A DNA stretch of 24,000 nt from Chromatiaceae bacterium (GCA_044228795.1 JBGAUE010000013.1:69308-93307); one strand, 5' to 3'; shown: positions 14,918 to 22,952, counted from the first letter of the stretch. Numbers and translations: made by a program. The notes: generated by a model not told the origin, from the sequence alone.

Positions 14918-16450
14918 TCATGCAAACACCCGTTGCGTCGCTGGCTTCTCGGTAATGCGGGGCTTCGCGATGCCGAGCTTCGCTAAGGCGCGGTTGAACA
15001 CCTGCCAGGTAAAGCTCTTGCGCTTGCCACCGCGCCGATTAAGCCATTTGAACGCATACTCCGTTGCCGTCTGGAAGAAACGCCACAGGTCCCGCGAGTT
15101 GCCCCGCAGTCCGTAGTAGTTGTAGTGCCCAACCAGTCGGCGATTGAGCCCATTGATGAAGTCCCTGCCCGGCAGGTGCCGGTGGCCCTTGATCCAGTCC
15201 TTAAGACGCTGCACCGCACCGCTGAGTTTCTTGCGGGCGGTGCGGCGTTTGACCCGCGGGGTACCTTCCCGATCCGGAAACCAGAACAACTCGAAACCGA
15301 GGAAAGTGACCCGCCGCGTCATGCTCGGATGAAAGCGGCTGAAACGCAAGACTTGCGTCTTCTCAGGCGCCTCCTCTAGGCCGAACTTGGCCAACCGTTG
15401 AGGCAGTACCTTGAAGAACCGCTCGGCATCGTCGCGGAAGCGGAAGGCGCAGACGAAGTCGTCGGCGTACCGGCACAGCAGCGCCTCCCCGCGGCAGCGG
15501 GGCTTGACCACACGCTCGAACCAGAGGTCCAGAACATGGTGCAGATAGACGTTAGCCAGCACCGGTGAAACGATCCCGCCCTGCGGGGTCCCTGTGTCGG
15601 GATGCAGCACCGTACCATCGGTGTCCAGAATTCCCGCCTTGAGCCATTTCGCGATGAGAGTAAGAAAGGCGCTGTCGTCGATTCGCAACGCCAGCATCCG
15701 CAGCAGCCAGTCGTGGTCGATGTGCTCAAAGAACCCACGGATGTCGGCTTCGACCAGAAAGCCGAACTTGCCGTACATCAGTTCGAAGGTCAGATCGCAC
15801 ACCGTATCCTTGGCGTTTCGCCCCGGTCGATACCCGTGGGAGCAATCGAGGAAGTCTTCTTCGTAGATCGCCCCCAATAACTTGGCACAGGCCAGTTGCA
15901 CGAGTTTATCTTCCAGCGCCGGGATGCCCAGCGGCCTCTCTTTTCCGTTCTCTTTGGGGATGTAGACGCGCCGGACGAGCTTCGCCCGGTAGCGCCCCGC
16001 TTTCACGCGCTCCGCCAAGTCGGCGATATTGCCTTCCAGATTGGTCGCGTAAGTCTCCGCTGTCAGCCCATCAACGCCGCTGGCCGCACCCTTATTCAAG
16101 CCGTGCCAACAGTGCATCAACAGCTCGGCATTCACCTCTTGGAAGAGGTTGCGAAAGCGATGGTGTTTGCTCTCCTTTGCCCGATTTGCTATTCCCCGCA
16201 GTGAGGTTGGCTCGTGTTGATCCGATCCTGCATGTCCGGCACGAGTTTCCTTTGCGGGCTGCGTACTCCCGTCGGGTCCTTCGCCATGTGGCTGGCTTTC
16301 CCAACCTCCGACTACTATGCCCGATAAGACACCTCCTTGGCATACGGCCGTCGCCGGCCTGCCTGGGCGCGCCATGCTCGACGCTTCCACCCGAGCGCAC
16401 GCCGTGTCAGGGCTCTTCACCCGTTCGTGTCCCAGCCCGGTCGGTTTCAT
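14918..16450 (-). CDS. Group II intron reverse transcriptase/maturase (no obvious En domain)
   Basis: The ORF is open to 16636, but its first 60-90 codons are probably intron RNA. In-frame ATGs lie at 16450 and 16375. RT motifs present:
- NKGAASGVDG
- RRVYIPKENGKERPLGIPALEDK
- SHGYRPGR
- TPQGGIVSPVLANVYL
- RYADDFV (YADD)

A maturase-like C-terminus follows (LVGHYNYYGL). Confidence 0.9.
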   Translation of the reverse strand: MKPTGLGHERVKSPDTACARVEASSMARPGRPATAVCQGGVLSGIVVGGWESQPHGEGPDGSTQPAKETRAGHAGSDQHEPTSLRGIANRAKESKHHRFRNLFQEVNAELLMHCWHGLNKGAASGVDGLTAETYATNLEGNIADLAERVKAGRYRAKLVRRVYIPKENGKERPLGIPALEDKLVQLACAKLLGAIYEEDFLDCSHGYRPGRNAKDTVCDLTFELMYGKFGFLVEADIRGFFEHIDHDWLLRMLALRIDDSAFLTLIAKWLKAGILDTDGTVLHPDTGTPQGGIVSPVLANVYLHHVLDLWFERVVKPRCRGEALLCRYADDFVCAFRFRDDAERFFKVLPQRLAKFGLEEAPEKTQVLRFSRFHPSMTRRVTFLGFELFWFPDREGTPRVKRRTARKKLSGAVQRLKDWIKGHRHLPGRDFINGLNRRLVGHYNYYGLRGNSRDLWRFFQTATEYAFKWLNRRGGKRKSFTWQVFNRALAKLGIAKPRITEKPATQRVFA

Positions 16451-16890
16451 CGTCTCACCTCGTCCAGGAGCCTTGGGGGCTTCCCGAGTTCTCCAGCGTC
16501 TCTCTTCCTGCATGCCACGGCCTGAGGACTCCGGCGGACCTCCACACCCAAGCCATAAAGGGTGCTTCGTGTTGCCTTCCAGGACGTTAAAACTGTCGGC
16601 ATCCGCAATAAGCTTATTTCGAAGCTGTACCAGCACTTCAGGGAACGCGATTTCCCCTACGGCCTACAGGATTCTCTGTGTACGCTTGCCCCATCTTGTT
16701 CGCGGGTTGCCCCGCTCCGCCATGGGACCAACACTCGATACGGGCGGGCGGCTAACCCTTACCCGACCTGGCGAAAGATACTGGTCCTCATTCCGCGGCG
16801 TGCAAAAGCTTCCCGGAAGATTAGCCCCATGATCGGCAAAGCTGGGGCGCCGCAAAATTTGACCAAACCCTGGCGAGGGCCAGAAAACTG

Positions 16891-17259
16891 ATGAGAGGAA
16901 TGACGATGAAATTTGTTGACTATGCGGCATCAAGAATCTTAAAAACGCTCCTGTCGGTATTTTTTCAGCGGACTACTTTGATGGGACCCCAATTCAGCTA
17001 TAACCAGTTTATCCGGAATGCCTGTTTCTTCGCCCATCATCTCGATGAAAATAAGACGGAAAATGACGAGCTAAATGAAATCGCGGTACAGGTGGCAGAG
17101 GGGCTCCTGTTGGGTTTTTATCAAAATCAACCTGGCAACAAAAACTGGAGTGCCATGGTCCATACCAGCAAAATCAAACGGTTTGTCAGGGACTCCTATC
17201 GCATTGCGGAACTCATGCTGCAATTCCCTCGGAATCAGGAGGTTCAACCGGAAAAATAG
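16891..17259 (+). CDS. Hypothetical protein (about 117-122 aa), low GC
   Basis: The ORF has GAGAGGA ahead of ATG 16900/16906. It is one of only three credible plus-strand genes here and lies in a region of roughly 45% GC. I recognise no motif. Confidence 0.6.
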   Translation: MRGMTMKFVDYAASRILKTLLSVFFQRTTLMGPQFSYNQFIRNACFFAHHLDENKTENDELNEIAVQVAEGLLLGFYQNQPGNKNWSAMVHTSKIKRFVRDSYRIAELMLQFPRNQEVQPEK

Positions 17260-17310
17260 CCATCAATACCGATCGAAGTGGATTTTCCCAGGATCACCTA
17301 CGAGGGGCTT

Positions 17311-17354
17311 GGGAAAAAAGAAGATTGGGCCGCCATGGCCTGATCGGGCGGCCC
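17311..17354 (-). terminator. Likely rho-independent terminator of the 251-aa/93-aa minus-strand pair
   Basis: A perfect 8-bp stem pairs GGGCCGCC (17327-17334) with GGCGGCCC (17347-17354). On the minus strand it is followed by AAUCUUCUUUUUUCCC. It starts 15 nt after the 93-aa stop. Confidence 0.5.
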
Positions 17355-17368
17355 TGGAAAAACTGATC

Positions 17369-17650
17369 TTATTCAGAAACGAAGTTGAAGTTGACGAAAG
17401 AAAATTGATCCTGCCGGGACAGGGTCATGGCGGAATCCGCCTTCACCATGGGCGAACTGGCCGCCAGGGACTTTAGCGCTTCATCCGTCAATGACATCAC
17501 TGCCGCCGTCGGGAAGATGAATGACTCGGCCGTGATGCCACCCCAAGACCATTTCTGGTATAGCACTTCATAGTCATCGAGATTGGCCTCGACCTGCATC
17601 AGGATGCGGGTATCGGGTTCGACCGGTACCTTGTCAAATGGGCTGCTCAT
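17369..17650 (-). CDS. Small acidic hypothetical protein (93 aa)
   Basis: The ORF lies 87 nt downstream of the HExxH gene on the same strand and is followed by the terminator. It has low GC. I recognise no motif. Confidence 0.6.
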   Translation of the reverse strand: MSSPFDKVPVEPDTRILMQVEANLDDYEVLYQKWSWGGITAESFIFPTAAVMSLTDEALKSLAASSPMVKADSAMTLSRQDQFSFVNFNFVSE

Positions 17651-17736
17651 TGATCGTCCTGAATATTCTGGTTGTTTGATAGGTAAAATCCGCTATAAGA
17701 GCACCGTGCTCGTGCTCCCGTATCCGATGCTGTAGC

Positions 17737-18492
17737 TCATCGCCCAATTTGTTCCTCCCACGCTCGGTTATTATCGTCCGGCACATGAGCAACCGCCCAG
17801 GCACCAAAGCTGAAGGAGGTGCCATTGAATGTCTGGATACTGGCGGGGTAGAGATAGGCGGTCACGGCGTCGTAAAAGTTATTTTGATTAGCGAATTGCC
17901 GCCAGTCGCGGTAACCAGGCGCGCGGTGATCGAACATAGCTTGGACGACGATGCGCCGCAAGGTTGGATGCATGAGGCCATAAAAGGAGTTCCACCGATC
18001 CTGTGACTTCAGCCACTGCCATTCCCAGGCGACCGCGAGCGCCTCCTCGTGCCAACGGTCGAAAGACCCGGCGAACAGGCGACGGCAAAAGTCGCAGACG
18101 TAGTGAAATCGCTCATGCTGGTAAACAGAGTAAACAAGGAGTTGCAGGATGCGCTCGCCATCCTTTAGGGTGATAAAGGGATACCACCGTTGTCCATGGC
18201 GCATGAGGCTCTTCCAATACGCCTCAATATTGTTGCGATGAAGGGTGATCAGTCCGGGACTGGACATCCAGCGGTAGGAGCCAAGGAGGGTGATGGTTTC
18301 CGGAAATTGGGGGAAATCTTCACTACTGTCGGGCTCACGGTCACGGAAGATCTCAAGCTGGGGGGCATCATCAAATAGACCCGTGGGCAGAAGACCATCC
18401 TCAGGGAGTTCATCTTCATATAAGGGAATCCCCTGACGGGGAGGAATGGACGTGGTAAGGATTTGCTTGATGAGTGTGTCAGAGATGGACAT
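17737..18492 (-). CDS. Hypothetical protein with HExxH (putative Zn-metallopeptidase-like) motif
   Basis: 251-aa ORF. VYQHERFHYVCD contains H-E-x-x-H. A possible third ligand lies 23-24 residues later (WHEEAL). The N-terminal third is acidic and Pro-rich. I recognise no family. Confidence 0.72.
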   Translation of the reverse strand: MSISDTLIKQILTTSIPPRQGIPLYEDELPEDGLLPTGLFDDAPQLEIFRDREPDSSEDFPQFPETITLLGSYRWMSSPGLITLHRNNIEAYWKSLMRHGQRWYPFITLKDGERILQLLVYSVYQHERFHYVCDFCRRLFAGSFDRWHEEALAVAWEWQWLKSQDRWNSFYGLMHPTLRRIVVQAMFDHRAPGYRDWRQFANQNNFYDAVTAYLYPASIQTFNGTSFSFGAWAVAHVPDDNNRAWEEQIGR

Positions 18493-18674
18493 GGGGCTAT
18501 TGTGCTGAAATTCTTCTAATCATCGGCATCAGCCAATTGTTGAGTCGACATGAGTGCAATGAGTCAACCCGTTATTGAGATGCTATGGATGTCGGGTTGT
18601 GTCTTGCCATCACAAGTTGAGTTTTGATCGACCATTCTGGTGGCAAGGTTACCTGTCATTGCCGTCGGATCCGG

Positions 18675-18912
18675 CTAAGTGAGGGTCGGCAAAGGTACCC
18701 TGACGACTCCGACCCGGAAGTGGTCTGGCCAGCAGGCGGCAGTGTCCGCGCGGTGCTTCCAGGCAATCGCAAAATCGTGCAAGGCGCTCGCCACGGACAG
18801 CCCTACCGGCAGCGGTTCCGGCACCGGCACCGCGAACCATGCCTCGGCCGACAGTTGTTCGAAGTGCTTGGTCATCACAACACCTATAAGTGTAGAGGTG
18901 TTGCATTTGATT
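18675..18912 (-). pseudogene. Possible out-of-frame C-terminal remainder of the McrC-like gene
   Basis: In the neighbouring minus frame (ORF 18675..19103), the sequence after the DAKYK region reads ..SSIIQMAESRIKCNTSTLIGVVMTKH... This loosely resembles the McrC (D.YQM.aY......LiYP) segment that normally follows the catalytic lysine. The resemblance is weak, and the call is a hypothesis. Confidence 0.35.
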
Positions 18913-20079
18913 CTAGACTCCGCCATCTGAATTATCGAGCTTACCGGGTTTGTACTTTGCATCGACGATGGCACGGCCGCCAGGATTCTCGATCGACACC
19001 AAGAAATCGGGCCTAAACGGCCATCGGTACCCGTCAGGCAGCGCAAGAATCCCCTCCCGCTGGGCCTCGGGCTGGCAGCCTGCGTGCCCGAGACAGACCC
19101 CAACCCAGGCCTCGAACAGGCGGTTGCCGTCGAGAAAGAAGGGCAGCGTGTGCCGGTCCTCAGCCGCTCCGCCAGTAGGGTCCAGATGCAGACGGGTCAG
19201 CACCAACCGGGCAAGGGCCAGCGGCTCGGCATAATGACGCATGGCACCGTGCCGACGCGCGCTCGCCCAGTCTCGCGGACCGATGCGTTGCAGCGGCACC
19301 GCGGTCAGCGCGGTACGGCCGAGGGTGCCCCAGTGCCAGACCTCGGCCGGCACGACAGACGGCGGTTGCTGGCGAAGCCAACGCAGGCCCGCCTCCAGCG
19401 CCGCCTTGAGCAGGCGGTTCTCCGGAGTGTCCCGCCCCAGGACCGTGAACTCGCAGACCATCCGGTCGGGGCGGGCACGGACCAGGTTCTCGCGCACCTG
19501 ATCGGCGATTCGCACGCGCCCGCGCACCCGGCCCACCAGGTTCTCCTCGACGCGGCGGAAGTCCTCCCGCAGATGCCGCCGAACGAATTGGGCAAGGAGG
19601 TAGAGATAGGCCGTGACCTCAAGCAGCGTCAGTTGCGGTAACTGGACGCCTTCGATCGGTGCCTGCGTCGGATCGCAACCGAACAGCCGATCGAACTCGA
19701 CCCCGGTCTGTGCCTGGGGTGCCGCGAGCACGGCCGCAAAGACCGCCGCCAGGTCGAGCCGCTTCAGCTTCGGCGCCACGCACAGACAGGGGGCATCGGC
19801 GTCCTCTCCCAGGCGCACCGCACCGATGAAATGCGAACAGTGGATGACCCCGCCATCCCGCCAGTGCAGGCCCAGGGTGCGGGGGTTGTCCGCGGCTGGT
19901 GGTTGGCGCTCGGAGCGGTTCCAGGGATGGTCATGGCCGAAACGGACCGCGAAGCCCCGTAGCCCCGTAGGGCGGATGCCCGCAGGGCGATCCGCCACTT
20001 CGCCATCGCGAAAACTAAGCGGGCTCGAACGACTGCCGCGAGCCGTTGGTACCGCAACACATGAGTGACCGGTTCGCAC
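18913..20079 (-). CDS. McrC-like PD-(D/E)xK nuclease, possibly truncated or frameshifted at its 3' end
   Basis: 388-aa ORF with a GTG start. HFIGAVRLGEDADAPCLCVAPKL resembles the McrC (G.i.l....l.I.PK) block, and DTPENRLLKAALE resembles the McrC (eNrllk.aL) block. The catalytic-type RPDFLV....IVDAKYK is also present. The ORF stops only 11 codons after DAKYK. GC is about 70%. Confidence 0.72.
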   Translation of the reverse strand: MRTGHSCVAVPTARGSRSSPLSFRDGEVADRPAGIRPTGLRGFAVRFGHDHPWNRSERQPPAADNPRTLGLHWRDGGVIHCSHFIGAVRLGEDADAPCLCVAPKLKRLDLAAVFAAVLAAPQAQTGVEFDRLFGCDPTQAPIEGVQLPQLTLLEVTAYLYLLAQFVRRHLREDFRRVEENLVGRVRGRVRIADQVRENLVRARPDRMVCEFTVLGRDTPENRLLKAALEAGLRWLRQQPPSVVPAEVWHWGTLGRTALTAVPLQRIGPRDWASARRHGAMRHYAEPLALARLVLTRLHLDPTGGAAEDRHTLPFFLDGNRLFEAWVGVCLGHAGCQPEAQREGILALPDGYRWPFRPDFLVSIENPGGRAIVDAKYKPGKLDNSDGGV

Positions 20080-20168
20080 GCGGCTGCGTCATTGCGGCCG
20101 ATCAATTGTCTGCATTCGTCGTACGCATCCTATTTCCCTGCCAAATCTACGTGCTCGCGTCCGGCCCC

Positions 20169-22571
20169 TTAAACTGGCGGCTCGGTTTTAATAATGTCAT
20201 GGTAGTTGAATTCACCGGCGTCGTCGCCTGTCAAAAACTTATAGGCTTCGCCGTAGAGAAAATATTCGCGCTTCAACAGGCAACTGATGAAAGCTTCGAT
20301 TAGCCTGGAATCCCATTGGTTGTCGTCGGGCGGTAGTTGTTCCCAAGTTGCCTGATCCGGTACGGGAATAGCGCTCCACAGCCAAGGAGCATTCTGGTCA
20401 GCTCGTGTGAAACAAGCGTATAACGGGTGCCCATTGAGGCGAGACAGAATGGTCTTGACCGGCAGCTTGTCCTTCACGCTACAGTTACCATCGGCGCGGT
20501 TCAAGTATTTCGGCCAGTAGCGGTAGTTGGACTGCATGTTCGGCAGATGCTTCCTAAAACACCCATCCCTAACAAAATACGTGCTAGCCTGAGACTCATC
20601 TTCAAAGAAGGCGGCGACGCCGCTCTTCAAATCATCATCGTTAATCGCTTGATAGAGAAAGCGGCTTCGAGGAACGATGTGATCGGCGTCGAAGGGGCGG
20701 CCTTTGCCGAACAGCGCGGGGATATGCTCAAGATGAGTCTCACCATACATTTCGTACAGTCCCAGTCGCTGATTCCACATCAAGACAAAATCCCCCACCC
20801 CGGAGTGCACCGTATTGTTAAGCAGCAGGCGCTTCGCTGATAGGGTAACGACTTGCAATGGCGTGGGTAGGCTCCGGTGTTCATGTACGATATCCTCAAC
20901 GGTTCCATTTGCCGCTATCCGCGGTTCGGTCCATCTGAACCCCAGCAATTGGCGCAATTGATTGCTATCGTCATCTCTGAACACCGCTTGGGTTATATCC
21001 GTGAATGAAAATTGCCCCAACTGGCATGCCTTATTAAATATCTCCCGATTCAGAGCAATGTTCGACCGGTCGGCGCAAATCCCATTAGCGAACAGCATCC
21101 AACGTAGCATCTCATTCCGCTGCGGAATTGTTGGCTCGTCATGGGGGTGCTTAAATTGCCATACTAATAGCGGGTGCAGGGTAATCGGCGTGATGCCTTC
21201 TTTATTGTTGGTGGACCCGGCAAGTTGCAGCAAGGAAAAACCAAAGGGATTGCTTTTGGGGTGGAATTCGATACGCTCGAACACCCGCCTGAAAGCATAG
21301 CCTAACCGGGTGTCCCCACCGCTCTCTGGAGCCTCGTCGACGCCACAATAATCACTCAGTTTTTGTTGGAACGTTTCCCATATTTCCGCTTTGCCCTTCT
21401 TTAGCTTATGCAAGCGCTCTAAGTTCAAGTCGAGCAATTCCAAGTCGTCGGTGGGTTCGGTTCTGCCTGAAGCTAGGGCGGGTCCCGCCGCGGGCGCTGG
21501 CCTAGCTTCCGCCAAGGCGACCCGCGCCAGTGCATGCACGACATCCTCGGTTTCCAGCAGCAGGCCATACTTGGATTTCTGAAAAGCGACCAAGGCATCG
21601 TTACCTGGTTTGCCGAGGGTTAGCATCAACTTGGACACCGCGAGTTGCCGCGCCGTGATTTGCACGCCTCCGCGGCCGATGCGCGTGAATAGCTCGTGCC
21701 CTCCGTTATCCTCCTCGTCCTGCTCGATATTCGCAAGGTCGATGTATTGCAACGCCAACTTCGCCTCTCTCACCCGCTTCAGCCCCTTGATCAAGCTGTC
21801 GAGGACAGCAGGATCCGGCGTGCTCAGGTCGGGTTTGAATTTCTTGAGGGGTTCCCGATACTCGTCACTCAGCTTGTTGATTTGCTCAGGCAGAACATCA
21901 GGATTGACATCCCAGGTCGCTGGATCGACCAAGCGGGCTAAGGGCACTGGGCAGCGCGCTTCCCAAGGAAAAGTACGGTCCAACGGCAGCTCGTAATAAT
22001 CTTTACCGCTGAATTCCGTGTGTTGGATCGAATTCCAGATCGTTTTCAGTGCTTCGTCGCTCATGGCCTGAAAGTCGTGCTCCCCACCCGCTTTCATGTG
22101 GAAGCCGAACGGAAAGGTTTTCGTGCAGGGGTGCAGCCAGTATGCGAACCTCAAAGGGTGTACTTCACCGGGTGGCGGCGCCAAGTCGACCCATAGCCGG
22201 AGGCGGGTGGCGTCCGGCGAGGTTCCGGCAATGATGGCGGAGAGCCGCTGCTGTCCGTCCAGTAGGTCGTAATAGAGTTCGCTCCCGGTCCCGGCGGTTG
22301 CGCCCCTAACCCCGTTGTCCGCAAAATCGCGGGAATTCCCCTTGCCTTCGACCAATAAGAACGAAGGGATTGGAAAGCCCCGCAGCAACGAGTCCCAGAG
22401 ACCACAGACCCGTCCTTCCGACCATACCGAGTCGCGTTGGTATAATGGCAGGCGCAGCTTGCCTTGGCGATGTGCATTCAATACTTCCGATAGCGCTATT
22501 TCCTCGATGCCCCGCTCAGTGAACCATGGCAGAGGAACCGCCTTTTGTTGTGAGGAACAGCCCGATAGCAT
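20169..22571 (-). CDS. DUF262 (ParB-like DGQHR) + C-terminal DUF1524/His-Me (HNH-like) nuclease; GmrSD/BrxU-type type IV restriction-like enzyme
   Basis: The ORF track starts at 22706, but the first 45 codons overlap the PIN ORF and look spurious. ATG 22571 has GGGAG 9 nt upstream. The N-terminal motifs are LPLYQRDSVWSEGRVCGLWDSLLRGFPIP and LLDGQQRLSAI. The C-terminal motifs are LEHIPALF...FDADHIVPRS...NYRYWPKYLNRADGN. GC is about 40-57%, clearly below the flanking genes. Confidence 0.88.
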   Translation of the reverse strand: MLSGCSSQQKAVPLPWFTERGIEEIALSEVLNAHRQGKLRLPLYQRDSVWSEGRVCGLWDSLLRGFPIPSFLLVEGKGNSRDFADNGVRGATAGTGSELYYDLLDGQQRLSAIIAGTSPDATRLRLWVDLAPPPGEVHPLRFAYWLHPCTKTFPFGFHMKAGGEHDFQAMSDEALKTIWNSIQHTEFSGKDYYELPLDRTFPWEARCPVPLARLVDPATWDVNPDVLPEQINKLSDEYREPLKKFKPDLSTPDPAVLDSLIKGLKRVREAKLALQYIDLANIEQDEEDNGGHELFTRIGRGGVQITARQLAVSKLMLTLGKPGNDALVAFQKSKYGLLLETEDVVHALARVALAEARPAPAAGPALASGRTEPTDDLELLDLNLERLHKLKKGKAEIWETFQQKLSDYCGVDEAPESGGDTRLGYAFRRVFERIEFHPKSNPFGFSLLQLAGSTNNKEGITPITLHPLLVWQFKHPHDEPTIPQRNEMLRWMLFANGICADRSNIALNREIFNKACQLGQFSFTDITQAVFRDDDSNQLRQLLGFRWTEPRIAANGTVEDIVHEHRSLPTPLQVVTLSAKRLLLNNTVHSGVGDFVLMWNQRLGLYEMYGETHLEHIPALFGKGRPFDADHIVPRSRFLYQAINDDDLKSGVAAFFEDESQASTYFVRDGCFRKHLPNMQSNYRYWPKYLNRADGNCSVKDKLPVKTILSRLNGHPLYACFTRADQNAPWLWSAIPVPDQATWEQLPPDDNQWDSRLIEAFISCLLKREYFLYGEAYKFLTGDDAGEFNYHDIIKTEPPV

Positions 22572-22713
22572 GATCAATACTCCCGTCATCCACGAAGTAA
22601 TCGGTGGTGAGCAGCGGCTCCTGGTTATTCGCCAGCCAGGCGCGTGCGGCCAGATAATCGGTATCGGTGGGCACGCAGGCGGCATACCAGGCGCCCGTTT
22701 CCACAAAAATCAC
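22516..22713 (-). pseudogene. Truncated PIN-domain (VapC-like) toxin remnant
   Basis: The 65-aa ORF starts at a GTG overlapping the upstream stop (GTGA). MIFVETGAWYA...LLTTDYFVDD matches the first about 43 residues of VapC-type PIN proteins. PIN proteins are normally about 130 aa with four acidic residues. The resemblance ends near 22585, where GC drops and the DUF262 gene begins. Confidence 0.65.
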
Positions 22714-22952
22714 AGCCGCCGTCCGTACAGCAGGGTGTGGTGGTCGCGATTGGAGAATCCGCCGTTCGCGATTTCGCTGAGGAGTGCATCCAAGTCCCGC
22801 AGCAAACCATCCAGTTGGGTCCGACGCTGGTCGGAGGTCGGCACCGTCTGGTCCTGTCGCAAGGCGCGGGCCAGAACCTCGATCAGGCGAAGCTTGGCGC
22901 GATGGTCTAAGCCCTCGATCGCCTGTTCGATCTGGACTGTTTGCGATTTCAT
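22710..22952 (-). CDS. Putative antitoxin (VapB position), 80 aa
   Basis: This small ORF is translationally coupled to the PIN remnant. IEGLDHRAKLRLIEVLARAL resembles addiction-module antitoxin helices. The family is not recognised with certainty. Confidence 0.55.
   Translation of the reverse strand: MKSQTVQIEQAIEGLDHRAKLRLIEVLARALRQDQTVPTSDQRRTQLDGLLRDLDALLSEIANGGFSNRDHHTLLYGRRL

Larger units (their letters stand above)
14808..16855 (-). mobile_element. Group II intron, about 2.05 kb (boundaries approximate within a few nt)
   Basis: An RT/maturase ORF sits in the expected domain IV position. Domains V and VI lie just 3' of the ORF. The 5' end is placed at UUGCGGCGCC (16855 downward), the only GUGCG-like pentamer at a suitable distance (about 400-480 nt) upstream of the ORF. 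The 3' end is at 14811-14808, which is 7-10 nt after the bulged A at 14818. Confidence 0.85.

Noticed and set aside
16396-16400. A perfect GUGCG on the minus strand as an alternative intron 5' end
   Set aside because: It lies at or inside the start of the RT ORF, so there would be no room for domains I-III. The 5' end must be several hundred nt further upstream.
16451-16636. The first about 62 codons of the 572-aa RT ORF
   Set aside because: This is an open frame through structured intron RNA, with low-complexity Gly/Arg/Pro content and no RT motifs. The true start is more likely ATG 16450 or 16375.
19950-20170. Search for the missing 3' half of vapC beyond the low-GC block (for example LIGRNDAAA... 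at 20105, ..TARGSRSSPLSFRDGE.. in the McrC-like frame)
   Set aside because: Only vague, frame-hopping resemblance to PIN C-terminal motifs was seen. It cannot be distinguished from chance by eye.
22572-22706. The first 45 codons of the 845-aa ORF (MWKRAPGMPPACPPIPIIWPHAPGW...)
   Set aside because: It is Pro/Trp-rich nonsense overlapping the PIN remnant in another frame, with high GC unlike the rest of the gene. ATG 22571 with GGGAG upstream is the likelier start.
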